Below are positions 9,122 to 21,292 of a DNA stretch of 64,000 nucleotides, in pieces (positions within the stretch are counted from its first letter, which is position 1; the number at the start of each line of letters is the position of its first letter). The stretch comes from Thermoanaerobaculia bacterium (lineage in GTDB: Bacteria; Acidobacteriota; Thermoanaerobaculia; Multivoradales; Multivoraceae), in NCBI GenBank assembly GCA_963664405.1, contig OY761158.1:1440001-1504000 (forward strand). Direction: 5' to 3'. Under the pieces are notes generated by a model. The model was given only the letters and a program-made list of their open reading frames with translations. It was not told where the DNA came from and searched no databases. The position numbers and the translations under genes are program-made.

Positions 9122-11508
9122 GGAGTTTCGTTCCCAGATCGCGAAGCGACACGACTCTTCTCAGCCAATTCCTCCATCCGACGCTTCACCAGACCGTTGA
9201 TCGATTCTGCCGGATACTCGCCGCTCTCGTCCAACTCTCCGGCAGGCACACCCGTAAGCAGCTCGATCCCCTGGTCGATGGTCTCAACCGGATAAACGCA
9301 GAAAGTACCGGCCTCGATGGCTTCCACCACATCCGGACGCAACATCAGGTGTTGAACATTGCTCGCGGGAATGAGCACTCCCTGATCGCCACTCAGCTCC
9401 CGAGCCCTACAGAGATCGAAGAAGCCCTCGATTTTGTGATTGAGCCCACCCACCGCCTGCACGAAGCCGTGCTGGTTCACCGACCCGGTCACCGCCAACG
9501 ACTGTCGCAACGGCACTTCCGAGAGGGCGGAGAGCAGAGCGTAGAGCTCGGTCGAGGAAGCGCTGTCTCCATCGACACCGCCATAAGATTGCTCGAAGAC
9601 AAGACTCGCCGTCATCGACAGCGGCTGGTCGCGGGCATAACGGGCTCCCAGAAAACCGGTGAGGATGAGAACGCCCTTGGAATGAATGGGGCCACTCAGC
9701 TCCACCTCCCGCTCGATGTCCAAGACTTGGCCCTTCCCCAACCTCACCCGGGCACTGATCCGGGTCGCGCGACCGAAGGAGAACTTCCCCATCTGTAGCA
9801 CCGAGAGACCGTTGACCTCGCCGACGCGCTCGCCCTCGGTTGCGATCAGCACGGTCCCGCGCAGAATCATCTCCTGGCTGCGCTCGCGCATGCGGTCGAG
9901 GCGAAAAGTGCGCGCTGCCACAGTCTGGTCCACGTGCTCGGCACTGACGACTTCGGAGGCGCCGTCCTCACCGGCAAAGTAGTCGGCCTCGCGCAACAGG
10001 TCGCCGAGCTCCCGCACTCGCGCCGAGAGCTTGTAGGCATCGTCCGTCATGCGCGCGCTCTCCTCGATCACTCGCTCGACCGCCGAACGATCGAAGGGCC
10101 GCAGCTCACGATCGCGAACCAAGGTCGCCACAAGACGCGCATAGAGCATCTCTCTCTCGGCGTCCCTCGGCAGTTCGGGATCGAAATCGGCGGCAACTTT
10201 GAAGAGGTCGCCGAAATCTGGATCGTGCTGAGCCAAGCCGTAGTAGAGCATCGCGTCGCCGATCAGGACGACCTTCGCCGAGAGCGGCACCGCCTCGGGC
10301 TCGAGCGAGATCGTGGTAGCGAAGCCCAGTGCTTCACCCGGTGATTCGATCCGCAGCTGTCCCGCCTGCAGAGCCCTCTTGAGGCCATCGTAGGCATAGG
10401 GCTGAGAAAGCAGTTTGCGCGCATCGAGGATCAGATACCCCCCGTTGGCGCGATGCAGCGAGCCTCCCTTGATGAGGGTGAAGTCGGTCGTAAGCACGCC
10501 CGCTCGCGCCGCGTGCTCGATACGCCCGATCAGGTTGGCGAAGCTGGGGTTGTCATCGTAAACAACCGGCGCCCCGACCTGGTCGCTATGATCGACGAGC
10601 AGGTTGACGTGATACCTGCGCACCGCCGCCTCAGCGACCTGCAGCATGCCGTCAGGGGCGGCGACGAGGATCTCCCGAAGCTTCTCGACCACATCCTTCT
10701 TAACCACATCGAGGAGCTCGAGTACCCCCGGCAGCTCTTGGTGCCGTGCCTTCAGGTCTTCGATCATGGGTGCAATCGCCTGGCCTACCACTTCTCTATT
10801 CAGCTCCCGGGTCCTCTCCTGACGTTCCCGCTCCCAGCGCGGGGCCTCGTTCAAGCCCTGTTGCAACTTATCCTGCAGCTCGCTGACCTCTTGCTGTAGC
10901 CGCAAGCGCTCCTCCTCCGGCAGCTTGCGGAACTCCTCCGGGGGGGCAACCTCGTCACCCTTGAGCGGTGCAAAGGCGACCCCCATCGGCGTTCGCAGAA
11001 CCGCCAGGCCGCGCTCTTTGGCATCCGTTTCGAGATCGGAAAAGATCTTCTCGCTTCGACTCTTGATCTCTTCGTCGATGACTTGACGGCGAGTACGGTA
11101 CTCGTCGCCTTCGAGTACCGTAGAGAGCGTGGTGCTGAGGTCCTCGACGAAGTCTTCCATGTCGCGTCGCAAGCGACACCCGACTCCGGCCGGCAGCTCG
11201 AGCAGGCGAGGCTTGCGAGGGTCTTCGAAGTTGTAGACGTGGCACCAGTCGCTGGGAGTGGCCTTCTCTTGCGCTACCTGACGCAGGAAGTGCTCCACCA
11301 TCGAATGGCGCCCGGATGCGGGTGGTCCGAGGACGAAGATGTTGTAGCCGTCATGATCGATCCCCACGCCGAGCTTCAGTGCCTCCACCGCTCGTGGCTG
11401 GCCGATAGTGGAGGGCAGAACCTCCAGCTCAGCGGTAGTGTCGAACCCTGGCTTGCCAAGGTCGGCCCTGCGGCGCGCAGTAGCGGCATCGATGGCGGTT
11501 GGAATCAC
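9118..11508 (-). CDS. Lon-like AAA protease (LonC/LonB type)
   Basis: GQPRA, LHRANGGYLILD, GPIHSKG, FEQSYGGVDGDSAS (catalytic Ser) and KIEGFF motifs. Confidence 0.92.
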   Translation of the reverse strand: MIPTAIDAATARRRADLGKPGFDTTAELEVLPSTIGQPRAVEALKLGVGIDHDGYNIFVLGPPASGRHSMVEHFLRQVAQEKATPSDWCHVYNFEDPRKPRLLELPAGVGCRLRRDMEDFVEDLSTTLSTVLEGDEYRTRRQVIDEEIKSRSEKIFSDLETDAKERGLAVLRTPMGVAFAPLKGDEVAPPEEFRKLPEEERLRLQQEVSELQDKLQQGLNEAPRWERERQERTRELNREVVGQAIAPMIEDLKARHQELPGVLELLDVVKKDVVEKLREILVAAPDGMLQVAEAAVRRYHVNLLVDHSDQVGAPVVYDDNPSFANLIGRIEHAARAGVLTTDFTLIKGGSLHRANGGYLILDARKLLSQPYAYDGLKRALQAGQLRIESPGEALGFATTISLEPEAVPLSAKVVLIGDAMLYYGLAQHDPDFGDLFKVAADFDPELPRDAEREMLYARLVATLVRDRELRPFDRSAVERVIEESARMTDDAYKLSARVRELGDLLREADYFAGEDGASEVVSAEHVDQTVAARTFRLDRMRERSQEMILRGTVLIATEGERVGEVNGLSVLQMGKFSFGRATRISARVRLGKGQVLDIEREVELSGPIHSKGVLILTGFLGARYARDQPLSMTASLVFEQSYGGVDGDSASSTELYALLSALSEVPLRQSLAVTGSVNQHGFVQAVGGLNHKIEGFFDLCRARELSGDQGVLIPASNVQHLMLRPDVVEAIEAGTFCVYPVETIDQGIELLTGVPAGELDESGEYPAESINGLVKRRMEELAEKSRVASRSGNETP

Positions 11509-11636
11509 GAAAGTCTCCTCGTAGCCGGTCTCCGGTCCGGTGCTCGATCGAGCCTATAGCTTACGCGCAATCCGCCGGCGAGGTAGACGGAACGCGCTCT
11601 ACCCAGAATGAGATCGGACCTCCTGCCGGTGGTAGC

Positions 11637-12089
11637 ATGAAAACCACGATGTCTCATTACAAACGACTCCTGGTAACCACCGATTACTCCGAAAGAGCTC
11701 TTGTCGGCCTCGAAGAAGCGGCCAAGCTAGCTAGCGATCTGGGAACGGAAGTCGTGCTCGCCTACGTAGTACAAAACCGGCTGCCGCCGATGATGCTCGG
11801 CGCGGGCCTTCATTGGCAAGAAATGGTCGAGAAGCACGAAGCGACTGCCATGGAAGCATTGAAGGAATGCGCAGAGGCCCACCTGCCTGGCCTCGATACG
11901 GAGACCGTAGTTCGCGTGGGCAACCCGTCAGAGGCTATTTTGCAGTTGATCGAAGAGAAAGAAGTCGATCTCTTGGTCATGGCCTCCCACGGCTACGGCC
12001 TGGTCGGACAGATCGTTCTCGGCAGCACCACGGAGCGAGTGCTGAAACGAGCCACCTGCCCGGTGCTCGTGGTGCGCTCCCGAGACTGA
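11637..12089 (+). CDS. Universal stress protein UspA family
   Basis: YKRLLVTTDYS...DLLVMASHG...LGSTTERVLKRATCPVLVV. Confidence 0.92.
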   Translation: MKTTMSHYKRLLVTTDYSERALVGLEEAAKLASDLGTEVVLAYVVQNRLPPMMLGAGLHWQEMVEKHEATAMEALKECAEAHLPGLDTETVVRVGNPSEAILQLIEEKEVDLLVMASHGYGLVGQIVLGSTTERVLKRATCPVLVVRSRD

Positions 12090-12433
12090 GAGAGCACGGC
12101 CCTACTCTCGTCGCGAAAGATCTCGAACGATCGTTCTGATGCTCTCGGCGACCCGTTTCGGCTCCTGATGGAGACGCCGATTCCGCACTCTCTGTCGTTG
12201 TCGATCGAGATGTGCCTCGAACTCTTCGAGCTCCACCGGGGGGGCCTCTTTCGCTGCAGGCGGTTTGGCCGCTTTCATGAAGGGACTTTATCCCAAGCCG
12301 CGGGGTCCCCGGGCCACCTCCAGCGAGGCGGGCACTGACTAACCACCGGGGGGTTGGCGGCGACCAACGCCGAGCCGGTGGCTGTCTACTACGGCTTCAC
12401 GATCAACTTCAGCTTGCAATGACTTAGCTCGGG

Positions 12434-12447
12434 TACCTACCCTGGTA
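12434..12447. promoter_or_regulatory. Possible CsoR-type operator upstream of copA
   Basis: TACC-N6-GGTA dyad about 60 bp upstream of the copper ATPase; short and weak. Confidence 0.2.
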
Positions 12448-12503
12448 TCTAGGTTATGACGTCTCGTCGATCGAAGCTGAGCGGCGGGACTCGTGAGGTG
12501 ACT

Positions 12504-14837
<2,334 letters not shown>

Positions 14838-14894
14838 GCACCCTTCGAATGTTAGCCTTCGCCTGCCAATGGCAGCTGCGATGGAACCAACCTG

Positions 14895-15677
14895 ATGGGC
14901 CTGCGTGAGAGCGGCAGCGACGTTCGTGTCGGTAGCAGCTCGCTGCTCCTCTGGCTGGCAATCGCCCAGTTCGCTGGAACCGCGGGAAGCGCCCTGGCTC
15001 AGGGCGGCCCCCCCCTCCTCACCGACGACCCCGGGACCCCCGGCGACGGCAACTGGGAGCTGAATCTCGCGGTCGAGCTCGTGGACGGAGAGGACGAGAC
15101 AGAATGGGCAGCGCCGCTTGTGGACCTCAATTACGGCGTTGGTGAGAGGGTACAGCTCAAGTTCGAGGTGCCGTGGCTCTTCTTGGAAGAATCGGGCCAC
15201 ACTCGCGACGGTCTCGGACCTTCGAGTGTAGGGGTCAAATGGCGATTTTACGATGCCGGAGAGGGAGGCAGATCTTTGTCGATCTACCCCCAGCTCGAGT
15301 TCCCGAGCCCGGGCTCCTCGGCCGACCGGGGGTTGGTCGAAGACGACACCAGCCTCTTCCTCCCAGTCGAGCTGGTGCAACCTCTCGGGCCGGTCTCAAT
15401 GAACGTCGAAGTCGGCTATCTAGTATCCGATCTCGGTGACGAGGTGGTGCTGGGGGTGGCCGTGGGGCGAGAGCTGACAGAGAGACTGGAGCTGGTCGCG
15501 GAGGTGTGGGGCGCCGAGCCGACGTCCGGAGGGGACGGCATCTGGGTGGCCAACCTGGGGTTACGTGTCGATCTGCAGGAGGGGCTGGCGCTCCTGGTGG
15601 CTGGGGGAACGGGCGTGGCGGGAGCCCATCAAGAGGCCGAAGGACTCGGGTTCCTAGGTCTTCAGATGACCTTCTGA
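14895..15677 (+). CDS. Putative outer-membrane beta-barrel protein
   Basis: Signal peptide, GPPLLTDDPGTP N-terminal motif, alternating beta pattern, terminal Phe. Confidence 0.65.
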   Translation: MGLRESGSDVRVGSSSLLLWLAIAQFAGTAGSALAQGGPPLLTDDPGTPGDGNWELNLAVELVDGEDETEWAAPLVDLNYGVGERVQLKFEVPWLFLEESGHTRDGLGPSSVGVKWRFYDAGEGGRSLSIYPQLEFPSPGSSADRGLVEDDTSLFLPVELVQPLGPVSMNVEVGYLVSDLGDEVVLGVAVGRELTERLELVAEVWGAEPTSGGDGIWVANLGLRVDLQEGLALLVAGGTGVAGAHQEAEGLGFLGLQMTF

Positions 15678-15712
15678 GCGGCGAAATAGACGGGCCAAAG
15701 GAGAGTAACGCG

Positions 15713-16954
15713 ATGCAACACTCACTCAGACGATGCGCGAAGCTGGGGCTGGCGACCCTACTCGCACTGATCATGGCCCGACTGCCCGTCGCCGCTCAAC
15801 CGCAGACTTCGAGCGCAGATGGTGGCCACACTTTTGTCGGCTCGGAGACTTGCGGGTCTTGTCATAGAGCCATCTACGGCCGCTGGAAGAACACTCTGAT
15901 GGCCAACATCCTGCAAGACGTCAAGGAGCGCCCCGAGGCCATCAAAGGCGACTTCACGACGCCCCATGAGTTGGTGACCTTCGACAAGGAAGACATCGTC
16001 TTCACCTATGGCAGCAAGTGGAAACAACGCTACTTCACCAAGATCGGGAGCGACTATTACGTCTTCCCCGCTCAGTGGGACGTCACCAACCGCGAGTGGC
16101 GCAACTACTACGTCAGAGAAGGCACAGACTGGTGGGTAGAGCACTACCCAGCCGATCAGATGCAGAGGCCGACAGGGCCACTTTGCGACGGATGTCACTC
16201 GACCAACTACAACATCGAGACCAAGGAAGTCACTGAGTGGAATGTCGGCTGCGAGAAGTGTCACGGAGCGGGTAGCGAACATGCTGTAGACCCAACCATC
16301 GGGAACATCACCAATCCGGCCCGGCTGGACTACGTGCGATCCGCCGACGTCTGCATCCAATGCCACTCTCAGGGCCAGCCGCTCACCAATCCGATCGACG
16401 GCACCTACTATGACTGGCCGGTTGGATACCAGCCCGGCGATCGGCTCAGTGACTTCTGGATGCTAGAGGAGCACCACCTCGGTGAGGAGTCGTTCACTCA
16501 CTGGCCTGAAGGCTCCGCCCACAAGAACAGAATGCAGGGGAATGACTACATCTCGAGCGTCATGTACACGCGAGGAGTGCAGTGCTCCGCCTGTCACGAC
16601 GTACACGGAACCGCGCATGGCGCCGAGCTCACCAAGCCCGACAATGCCCTGTGCCTTCAGTGTCATGGCCCGCGCTCTCCGAACGGTCCCGGCGGCACCC
16701 TCGAAGAGCACACTCATCATCCTCCGGGGAGTGAAGGAAGTCAGTGCGTCGCCTGTCACATGCCGAAGATCGCCAAGACGATCGGCGATGTGATGGTACG
16801 AAGTCACACCTTCAAATTCATACCCCCGGCCATGACCGAGCAGTACGGCATTCCGAGCCCCTGCACTTCGTGCCACGCCGACCAGAGCTCCGAGTGGGCG
16901 AAGGAGGAGCTCAAAGGCTGGCCGAGCGTCTCTCCCTGGCGAGTGGCGCAGTAG
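15713..16954 (+). CDS. Multiheme (8 CxxCH) cytochrome c
   Basis: Signal peptide; CGSCH, CDGCH, CEKCH, CIQCH, CSACH, CLQCH, CVACH, CTSCH. Confidence 0.9.
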   Translation: MQHSLRRCAKLGLATLLALIMARLPVAAQPQTSSADGGHTFVGSETCGSCHRAIYGRWKNTLMANILQDVKERPEAIKGDFTTPHELVTFDKEDIVFTYGSKWKQRYFTKIGSDYYVFPAQWDVTNREWRNYYVREGTDWWVEHYPADQMQRPTGPLCDGCHSTNYNIETKEVTEWNVGCEKCHGAGSEHAVDPTIGNITNPARLDYVRSADVCIQCHSQGQPLTNPIDGTYYDWPVGYQPGDRLSDFWMLEEHHLGEESFTHWPEGSAHKNRMQGNDYISSVMYTRGVQCSACHDVHGTAHGAELTKPDNALCLQCHGPRSPNGPGGTLEEHTHHPPGSEGSQCVACHMPKIAKTIGDVMVRSHTFKFIPPAMTEQYGIPSPCTSCHADQSSEWAKEELKGWPSVSPWRVAQ

Positions 16955-17002
16955 GCCCGCGAACGGCGCGACGGATGCACCGCGACCTTCGGGAACCGGG
17001 GT

Positions 17003-17242
17003 CTAAGTGACGTCTTTGAGGCTGAGGCCCAGCGTCTGCAGGTACTTGAGCAGCCCCATCTTGTTAACCGAGCGAAGGGCCCTTGTCGAAACCTTGAGCC
17101 GCACCCAGCGCTTCAGCTCAGGCACGAAGATGCGTTTTCGCTGAATGTTCGGTCGCTGAAAACGATTGGTGACGTTGTGGGCATGCGAGATATTGCGAGC
17201 CCGCAGGGGTTTCTTTCCGGTGATCTGGCATCTTCTCGGCAT
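17003..17242 (-). CDS. rpmB: 50S ribosomal protein L28 (single-Cys form)
   Basis: MPRRCQITGKKP...NISHAHN..RFQRPNIQ...LKVSTRALR. Confidence 0.95.
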   Translation of the reverse strand: MPRRCQITGKKPLRARNISHAHNVTNRFQRPNIQRKRIFVPELKRWVRLKVSTRALRSVNKMGLLKYLQTLGLSLKDVT

Positions 17243-17264
17243 GGTGCGATTCTCCGACGTTTTC

Positions 17265-18437
17265 TCAACTGTTGGCGACTCGAAGCAGTCTCTTTCCGGC
17301 CAAACGAGCTCCGTGAATGTTACGTGCGGTGGGACCGATCTCGAGCTCGGCTAAGGGACCTGCGACGTGGATTCCCGGGGCCCAGCGTAGACCATTGTCG
17401 ACCACCGGGTACCCGCAAGAGGCGCATTGTAGCCCAAGTCGAAGGATCGTGCGATCCAACCACTCTCCTCCGGGGCGCTCCGGGCTGAACCCGGTGGCGA
17501 GGAGAACGAGGTCGGCATCGACCGTGCAACCCTCCTCGAGGGCAAGGGCTGCGCGCCCCTGCAGGTGATTGGCATCCGAGATGTTGCCTCGAGCGTGGCG
17601 AATCATGCCCCTCGCAACCGCCTCTTGGAACCTCGCCACGACATCTCCAGGGGCCGAGCCGAGATGCCGCTCCCGCTCGATCACCTGGCGGCGTCGATCC
17701 GCCGCTTCGATGCGGGCGAAGGTCGCGCTCAGCCGCGGGCCCATCCAGGCCGAGTCGATGTCGAAGTCGTGCAGACGATGGCTGTGTCTCGAGAGCAGGC
17801 AAACACGGCCAGGAGCCTCGGCGGAAAGGGCAAGAGCCTTCTGTTGCGCCGAGATCCCCCCACCGACAACGACGACCTGCTGCTCGCGTGTCAGCGGCTG
17901 ATGGCTGTACCCATCATCGAAAATGTGCCTCACTCGCGCCCCCTCGTGGGCGAGCTTCGACGCCCACGAGGGCCACAACGGCCTTTCGGTTCCGCCAAGC
18001 GCGAAGGCCACCCGTCTGGTCTCGAGACGACCCCGATCGGACTCGACCACTAAATGACCGTTCGAGCGCTCCACCGCTCGAGCTGTAGCGAGAGCTCGAA
18101 GCGGGGCCAAATGATCTCGAGCGACGACCGCCTCACAGTGCGCAGCGAAGAGCTCCAGGGAGGGGCGCAGATAGGGACCGAGAAGATGCTCCGAGCCGTA
18201 ACCCTGCTCCTCGGCAAAGCGCCTCAGCGAGCCAGGCTCGCCGTCGAGGTGATGAACGATAGAGGAGCGCAGAAAGTCCATCCCTACGGCCTTCGTACAG
18301 GCGAAAAAGCGACTGAGAGGGGCCTCATGCGGATCGAGGACCACAACCCGATCCAGCGGCACCGCCGCGTCGGCCGTAAGAACGCGCGAGAGCAGAGTTC
18401 CTTGGAACCCGCCACCGATGATGATCCATTCCAGCAT
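17265..18437 (-). CDS. FAD/NAD(P)-binding protein
   Basis: WIIIGGGFQG, VVVVGGGISA, LATGF and GPLAELEIGP.ARNI.GAR motifs; co-oriented directly upstream of rpmB. Confidence 0.85.
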   Translation of the reverse strand: MLEWIIIGGGFQGTLLSRVLTADAAVPLDRVVVLDPHEAPLSRFFACTKAVGMDFLRSSIVHHLDGEPGSLRRFAEEQGYGSEHLLGPYLRPSLELFAAHCEAVVARDHLAPLRALATARAVERSNGHLVVESDRGRLETRRVAFALGGTERPLWPSWASKLAHEGARVRHIFDDGYSHQPLTREQQVVVVGGGISAQQKALALSAEAPGRVCLLSRHSHRLHDFDIDSAWMGPRLSATFARIEAADRRRQVIERERHLGSAPGDVVARFQEAVARGMIRHARGNISDANHLQGRAALALEEGCTVDADLVLLATGFSPERPGGEWLDRTILRLGLQCASCGYPVVDNGLRWAPGIHVAGPLAELEIGPTARNIHGARLAGKRLLRVANS

Positions 18438-18588
18438 CGCCTTCGTTACCTACACCAGGCCACCCCGCTACACGACTCATCTTTAGCGGCGGAGCCGGAG
18501 TTTAACCGCTGCGTCCCACCCTCTCTGCCAAGATGCTTGAGACATCTCGCCACCCCTCAAATAGAGTAGGGCGGAGAGGTGAAACCTG

Positions 18589-19143
18589 ATGTCTGAAGAG
18601 AGGAAGATGGAAGAGATGAGATCAGCAAGCACGTCCATTGCGGTCCGGGGCGAGGAGGAGGTTTCCCAGCTTCCCCCGTGCGCCCAGCTGGGGTCCGCGG
18701 AAGCGCCGACGGGCGAGCGTAGCGAGCACGGAGACGCAGCAGCGGGCGCCATCTGGGCGCGGCCGAGCCCTGTGTTGGATCCTGAGGTGGCCGCCAAGCC
18801 AACGCGGCGGACGTTCACGGCCGAGTACAAGCTGCGAATCCTCGAAGAAGTCGATCTGGCCACGCCTGGCGACATCGGCGCGATCCTGCGTCGCGAGGGA
18901 TTGTACAGCTCACACCTGACGGCCTGGCGCAGGGCACGCAGGACCGGCGCTCTGCGAAGGCTGGGCCGAAAGCGAGGGCGCAAGGCGAAGCAGGCCGATC
19001 CACAGGCCAAGAAGATCGAGCAACTGGAAAAGGAGCTATCCCGCACTCGCGAGGCGCTACGCAAGGCAGAGCTGATCCTCGAAGTGCAGGGAAAAGTTGC
19101 CGGGCTGCTGGGCTTCAACCTCGAGGACGGGAGGAACTCCTGA
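18589..19143 (+). CDS. IS3-family transposase OrfA (HTH)
   Basis: RRTFTAEYKLRIL...GAILRREGLYSSHLTAWR; possible -1 slippery site GGGAAAAG near 19089. Confidence 0.88.
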   Translation: MSEERKMEEMRSASTSIAVRGEEEVSQLPPCAQLGSAEAPTGERSEHGDAAAGAIWARPSPVLDPEVAAKPTRRTFTAEYKLRILEEVDLATPGDIGAILRREGLYSSHLTAWRRARRTGALRRLGRKRGRKAKQADPQAKKIEQLEKELSRTREALRKAELILEVQGKVAGLLGFNLEDGRNS

Positions 19144-20147
19144 TCGCCGCCGCCGAGTTGGCGTTGCAGGTCGGCGTCAAGCCGTCCTGTGTCGCTCTCG
19201 GCGTGGCACGGGCGACTCTGTACCGTCGTCGGAAGCCAACTACCGGGCCGCAGCCCCGGCCAACACCCGCCCGGGCTCTGAGCGAGGACGAGCGCCAAGC
19301 CGTCCTGGACGTCCTGGACTCGCCTCGTTTCGTCGACCGTGCCCCCGCCGAGGTCGTCGCCACGCTCCTGGACGAGCAACGCTACCTCTGCTCGGAGAGG
19401 ACCATGTACCGCATCCTCGCTGCGCGAGCTCCGGTGCGCGAGCGGCGCAACCAGCTTCGCCACCCCGATTACACCAAGCCGGAGCTGGTGGCGGTCGCCC
19501 CCAACCAAGTCTGGTCCTGGGATATCACCCGATTGCGGGGTCCTGAGAAGTGGAGCTACTACTACCTCTACGTCCTGCTCGACATCTTCAGCCGCTACGT
19601 CGTCGGCTGGATGCTCGCGCCCCGCGAGAACGCCAATCTCGCCGGTCGCCTCATCGAGGAGACCTGCTGCAAGCACGACGTCAAACCTGAGGTGCTCACC
19701 CTGCACAGCGATCGGGGCTCCCCGATGACCGCCAAGTGCACGGCTCAGCTGCTCGCCGATCTGGGACTCACTCAGTCGCTCAGCCGGCCCCAGGTCTGTG
19801 ACGACAACCCCTTTTCCGAGGCCCAGTTCAAGACCCTCAAGTACCACCCGAGCTTCCCCTCCCGATTCGCCAGCCAGGAGGCCGCCCAGGCTTTCTGCAG
19901 GACCTTCTTCCCTTGGTACAACACCGAGCACCGCCACGGTGGGATCGCACACCTGACGCCGCACGGCGTCCACCACGGTCGAGCGGAGCAGGCCCTTGCC
20001 GCACGGCAACTCGCGCTCGATGCCGCCTTCCAAACTCACCCAGAACGCTTCCTCCGAGGGCGACCCATCGTCTCGCCTTTACCTGGAACCGTATACATCA
20101 ACCGGCCTGACGATACGCCGGCCTCGACCGAAGAGGACCTTCACTAA
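19140..20147 (+). CDS. IS3-family transposase OrfB (DDE integrase core)
   Basis: PNQVWSWDIT, LHSDRGS, DNPFSEAQFKTLK and YNTEHRHGGI motifs; -1 frame relative to orfA. Confidence 0.92.
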   Translation: MIAAAELALQVGVKPSCVALGVARATLYRRRKPTTGPQPRPTPARALSEDERQAVLDVLDSPRFVDRAPAEVVATLLDEQRYLCSERTMYRILAARAPVRERRNQLRHPDYTKPELVAVAPNQVWSWDITRLRGPEKWSYYYLYVLLDIFSRYVVGWMLAPRENANLAGRLIEETCCKHDVKPEVLTLHSDRGSPMTAKCTAQLLADLGLTQSLSRPQVCDDNPFSEAQFKTLKYHPSFPSRFASQEAAQAFCRTFFPWYNTEHRHGGIAHLTPHGVHHGRAEQALAARQLALDAAFQTHPERFLRGRPIVSPLPGTVYINRPDDTPASTEEDLH

Positions 20148-20259
20148 TTTATGACTCGAGGTGTCTCAAAGTTCTTGACAGGTTCCGCACGCCGCGCACC
20201 GGCAGGGACTTCCCTGTTAAGCTTGCCCGGTGCTCTGGGGTGGGAAGGCGGAGCATCAG

Positions 20260-20967
20260 ATGGCTGAAAAAGAGATCGCTAGAGATCGGGTACGTAAGGG
20301 TGCCGAGCGGAGGCGTCATGAGCGCCATTCTCTCTCCGAAGTCCCCGGCCGGCTGCACCTCGCTCGCGATGTAACCGTCTTCGACCTCAGCACGACGGGT
20401 ATGGGCATCGAAACGTCGGAGCGACTGCTTCTCGGCGGCATCTACAAGATCCGGCTCGGGGAGCCTGAAGAGGAGCTTCCGATTCAAGCCCGGGTCGTGT
20501 GGTGCAAGCTCCTCGCCACACGCAGCGAGGGCGACGGATCGATCGTGCCCGTCTACAAAGCCGGCCTACACTTCGAGAACGCCGACTCTGAGGCGGTGAA
20601 AGGACTTGGCAGATATATCCAAGACCAAGCTGCTCCGGGAGAGAATACTCAACTCGAGGCAAGGATAAAGCTCGATAAACTGGCCAGAATTCTCGTCGGC
20701 GACGAGCTCGAGTTCATGGTCACCAAGATCAGTAAAGGGGGGATGGAAGCCGAGATGAGCCACCAACCCCGTATTGATTCGGTCCTGGATCTCGAGCTCT
20801 CCCTTGCCGGCGAGCACGTAGAGGTACGGGGTCGAGTCGTCAATACCGCCCACAAAAACGGCGGCGACCAGTGCTTCATCGTTGGCATCGAGTTCCTGGC
20901 CCCGAGCGAGCAGGCGGCACAGCGCTTGGACGCTTTCATCTCCACCCTCACTGCGGCCGGACACTAG
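20260..20967 (+). CDS. Tandem PilZ-domain protein
   Basis: RRRHER (RxxxR) and DLSTTG (DxSxxG); second domain has KISKGG. The TAG stop is inside the repeat's CTAG. Confidence 0.82.
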   Translation: MAEKEIARDRVRKGAERRRHERHSLSEVPGRLHLARDVTVFDLSTTGMGIETSERLLLGGIYKIRLGEPEEELPIQARVVWCKLLATRSEGDGSIVPVYKAGLHFENADSEAVKGLGRYIQDQAAPGENTQLEARIKLDKLARILVGDELEFMVTKISKGGMEAEMSHQPRIDSVLDLELSLAGEHVEVRGRVVNTAHKNGGDQCFIVGIEFLAPSEQAAQRLDAFISTLTAAGH

Positions 20968-21129
20968 ACCCGCGTTTCCAAAGTTCGCGCCACCTATCTC
21001 GGCCCCTTCTGCCCGCTGGCGGCGTTGCACCTTCTCGACAGATTCCCAATATGCCTGCGTCGGCGCGCCTTGCCAGCGAACAGAATGACCTCGAGCTATG
21101 CGACTCGAACTTCGGAAACGCTGGTCTAG
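20964..21129. repeat. Palindromic element, subfamily A (reverse orientation)
   Basis: 166 bp, CTAG to CTAG; reverse complement of 627-792 with substitutions. Confidence 0.93.
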
Positions 21130-21292
21130 TGGACCGTAACACCCAAACGTTTAGCGCCTGAGCGGCCCTCGCGGCCGATCTCTGCGTTACGCTTCCTCCA
21201 CATAGTCCCCGCTATGCCTGCGTCAGCGCGCCTTGATCTCGACCACGAATGACTCACTCAGCCACTAAACGTTCGAGTGTTACGTCCACCAG
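21126..21292. repeat. Palindromic element, subfamily B, abutting the A copy through a shared CTAG
   Basis: Arms TGGACCGTAACACCCAAACGTTTAG / CTAAACGTTCGAGTGTTACGTCCA; reverse complement of 28863-29030. Confidence 0.92.

Larger units (their letters stand above)
18510..20189 (+). mobile_element. IS3-family insertion sequence
   Basis: orfA/orfB; subterminal IR TGCCAAGATGCTTGAGACA (18526) vs TGTCTCAAAGTTCTTGACA (to 20180); TG...CA ends flanked by a 3-bp CGC direct repeat (18507-09, 20190-92). Exact ends are tentative. Confidence 0.85.

Noticed and set aside
18483-20039. 518-aa minus-strand ORF
   Set aside because: Antisense shadow of the IS3 transposase genes; no motifs of its own.
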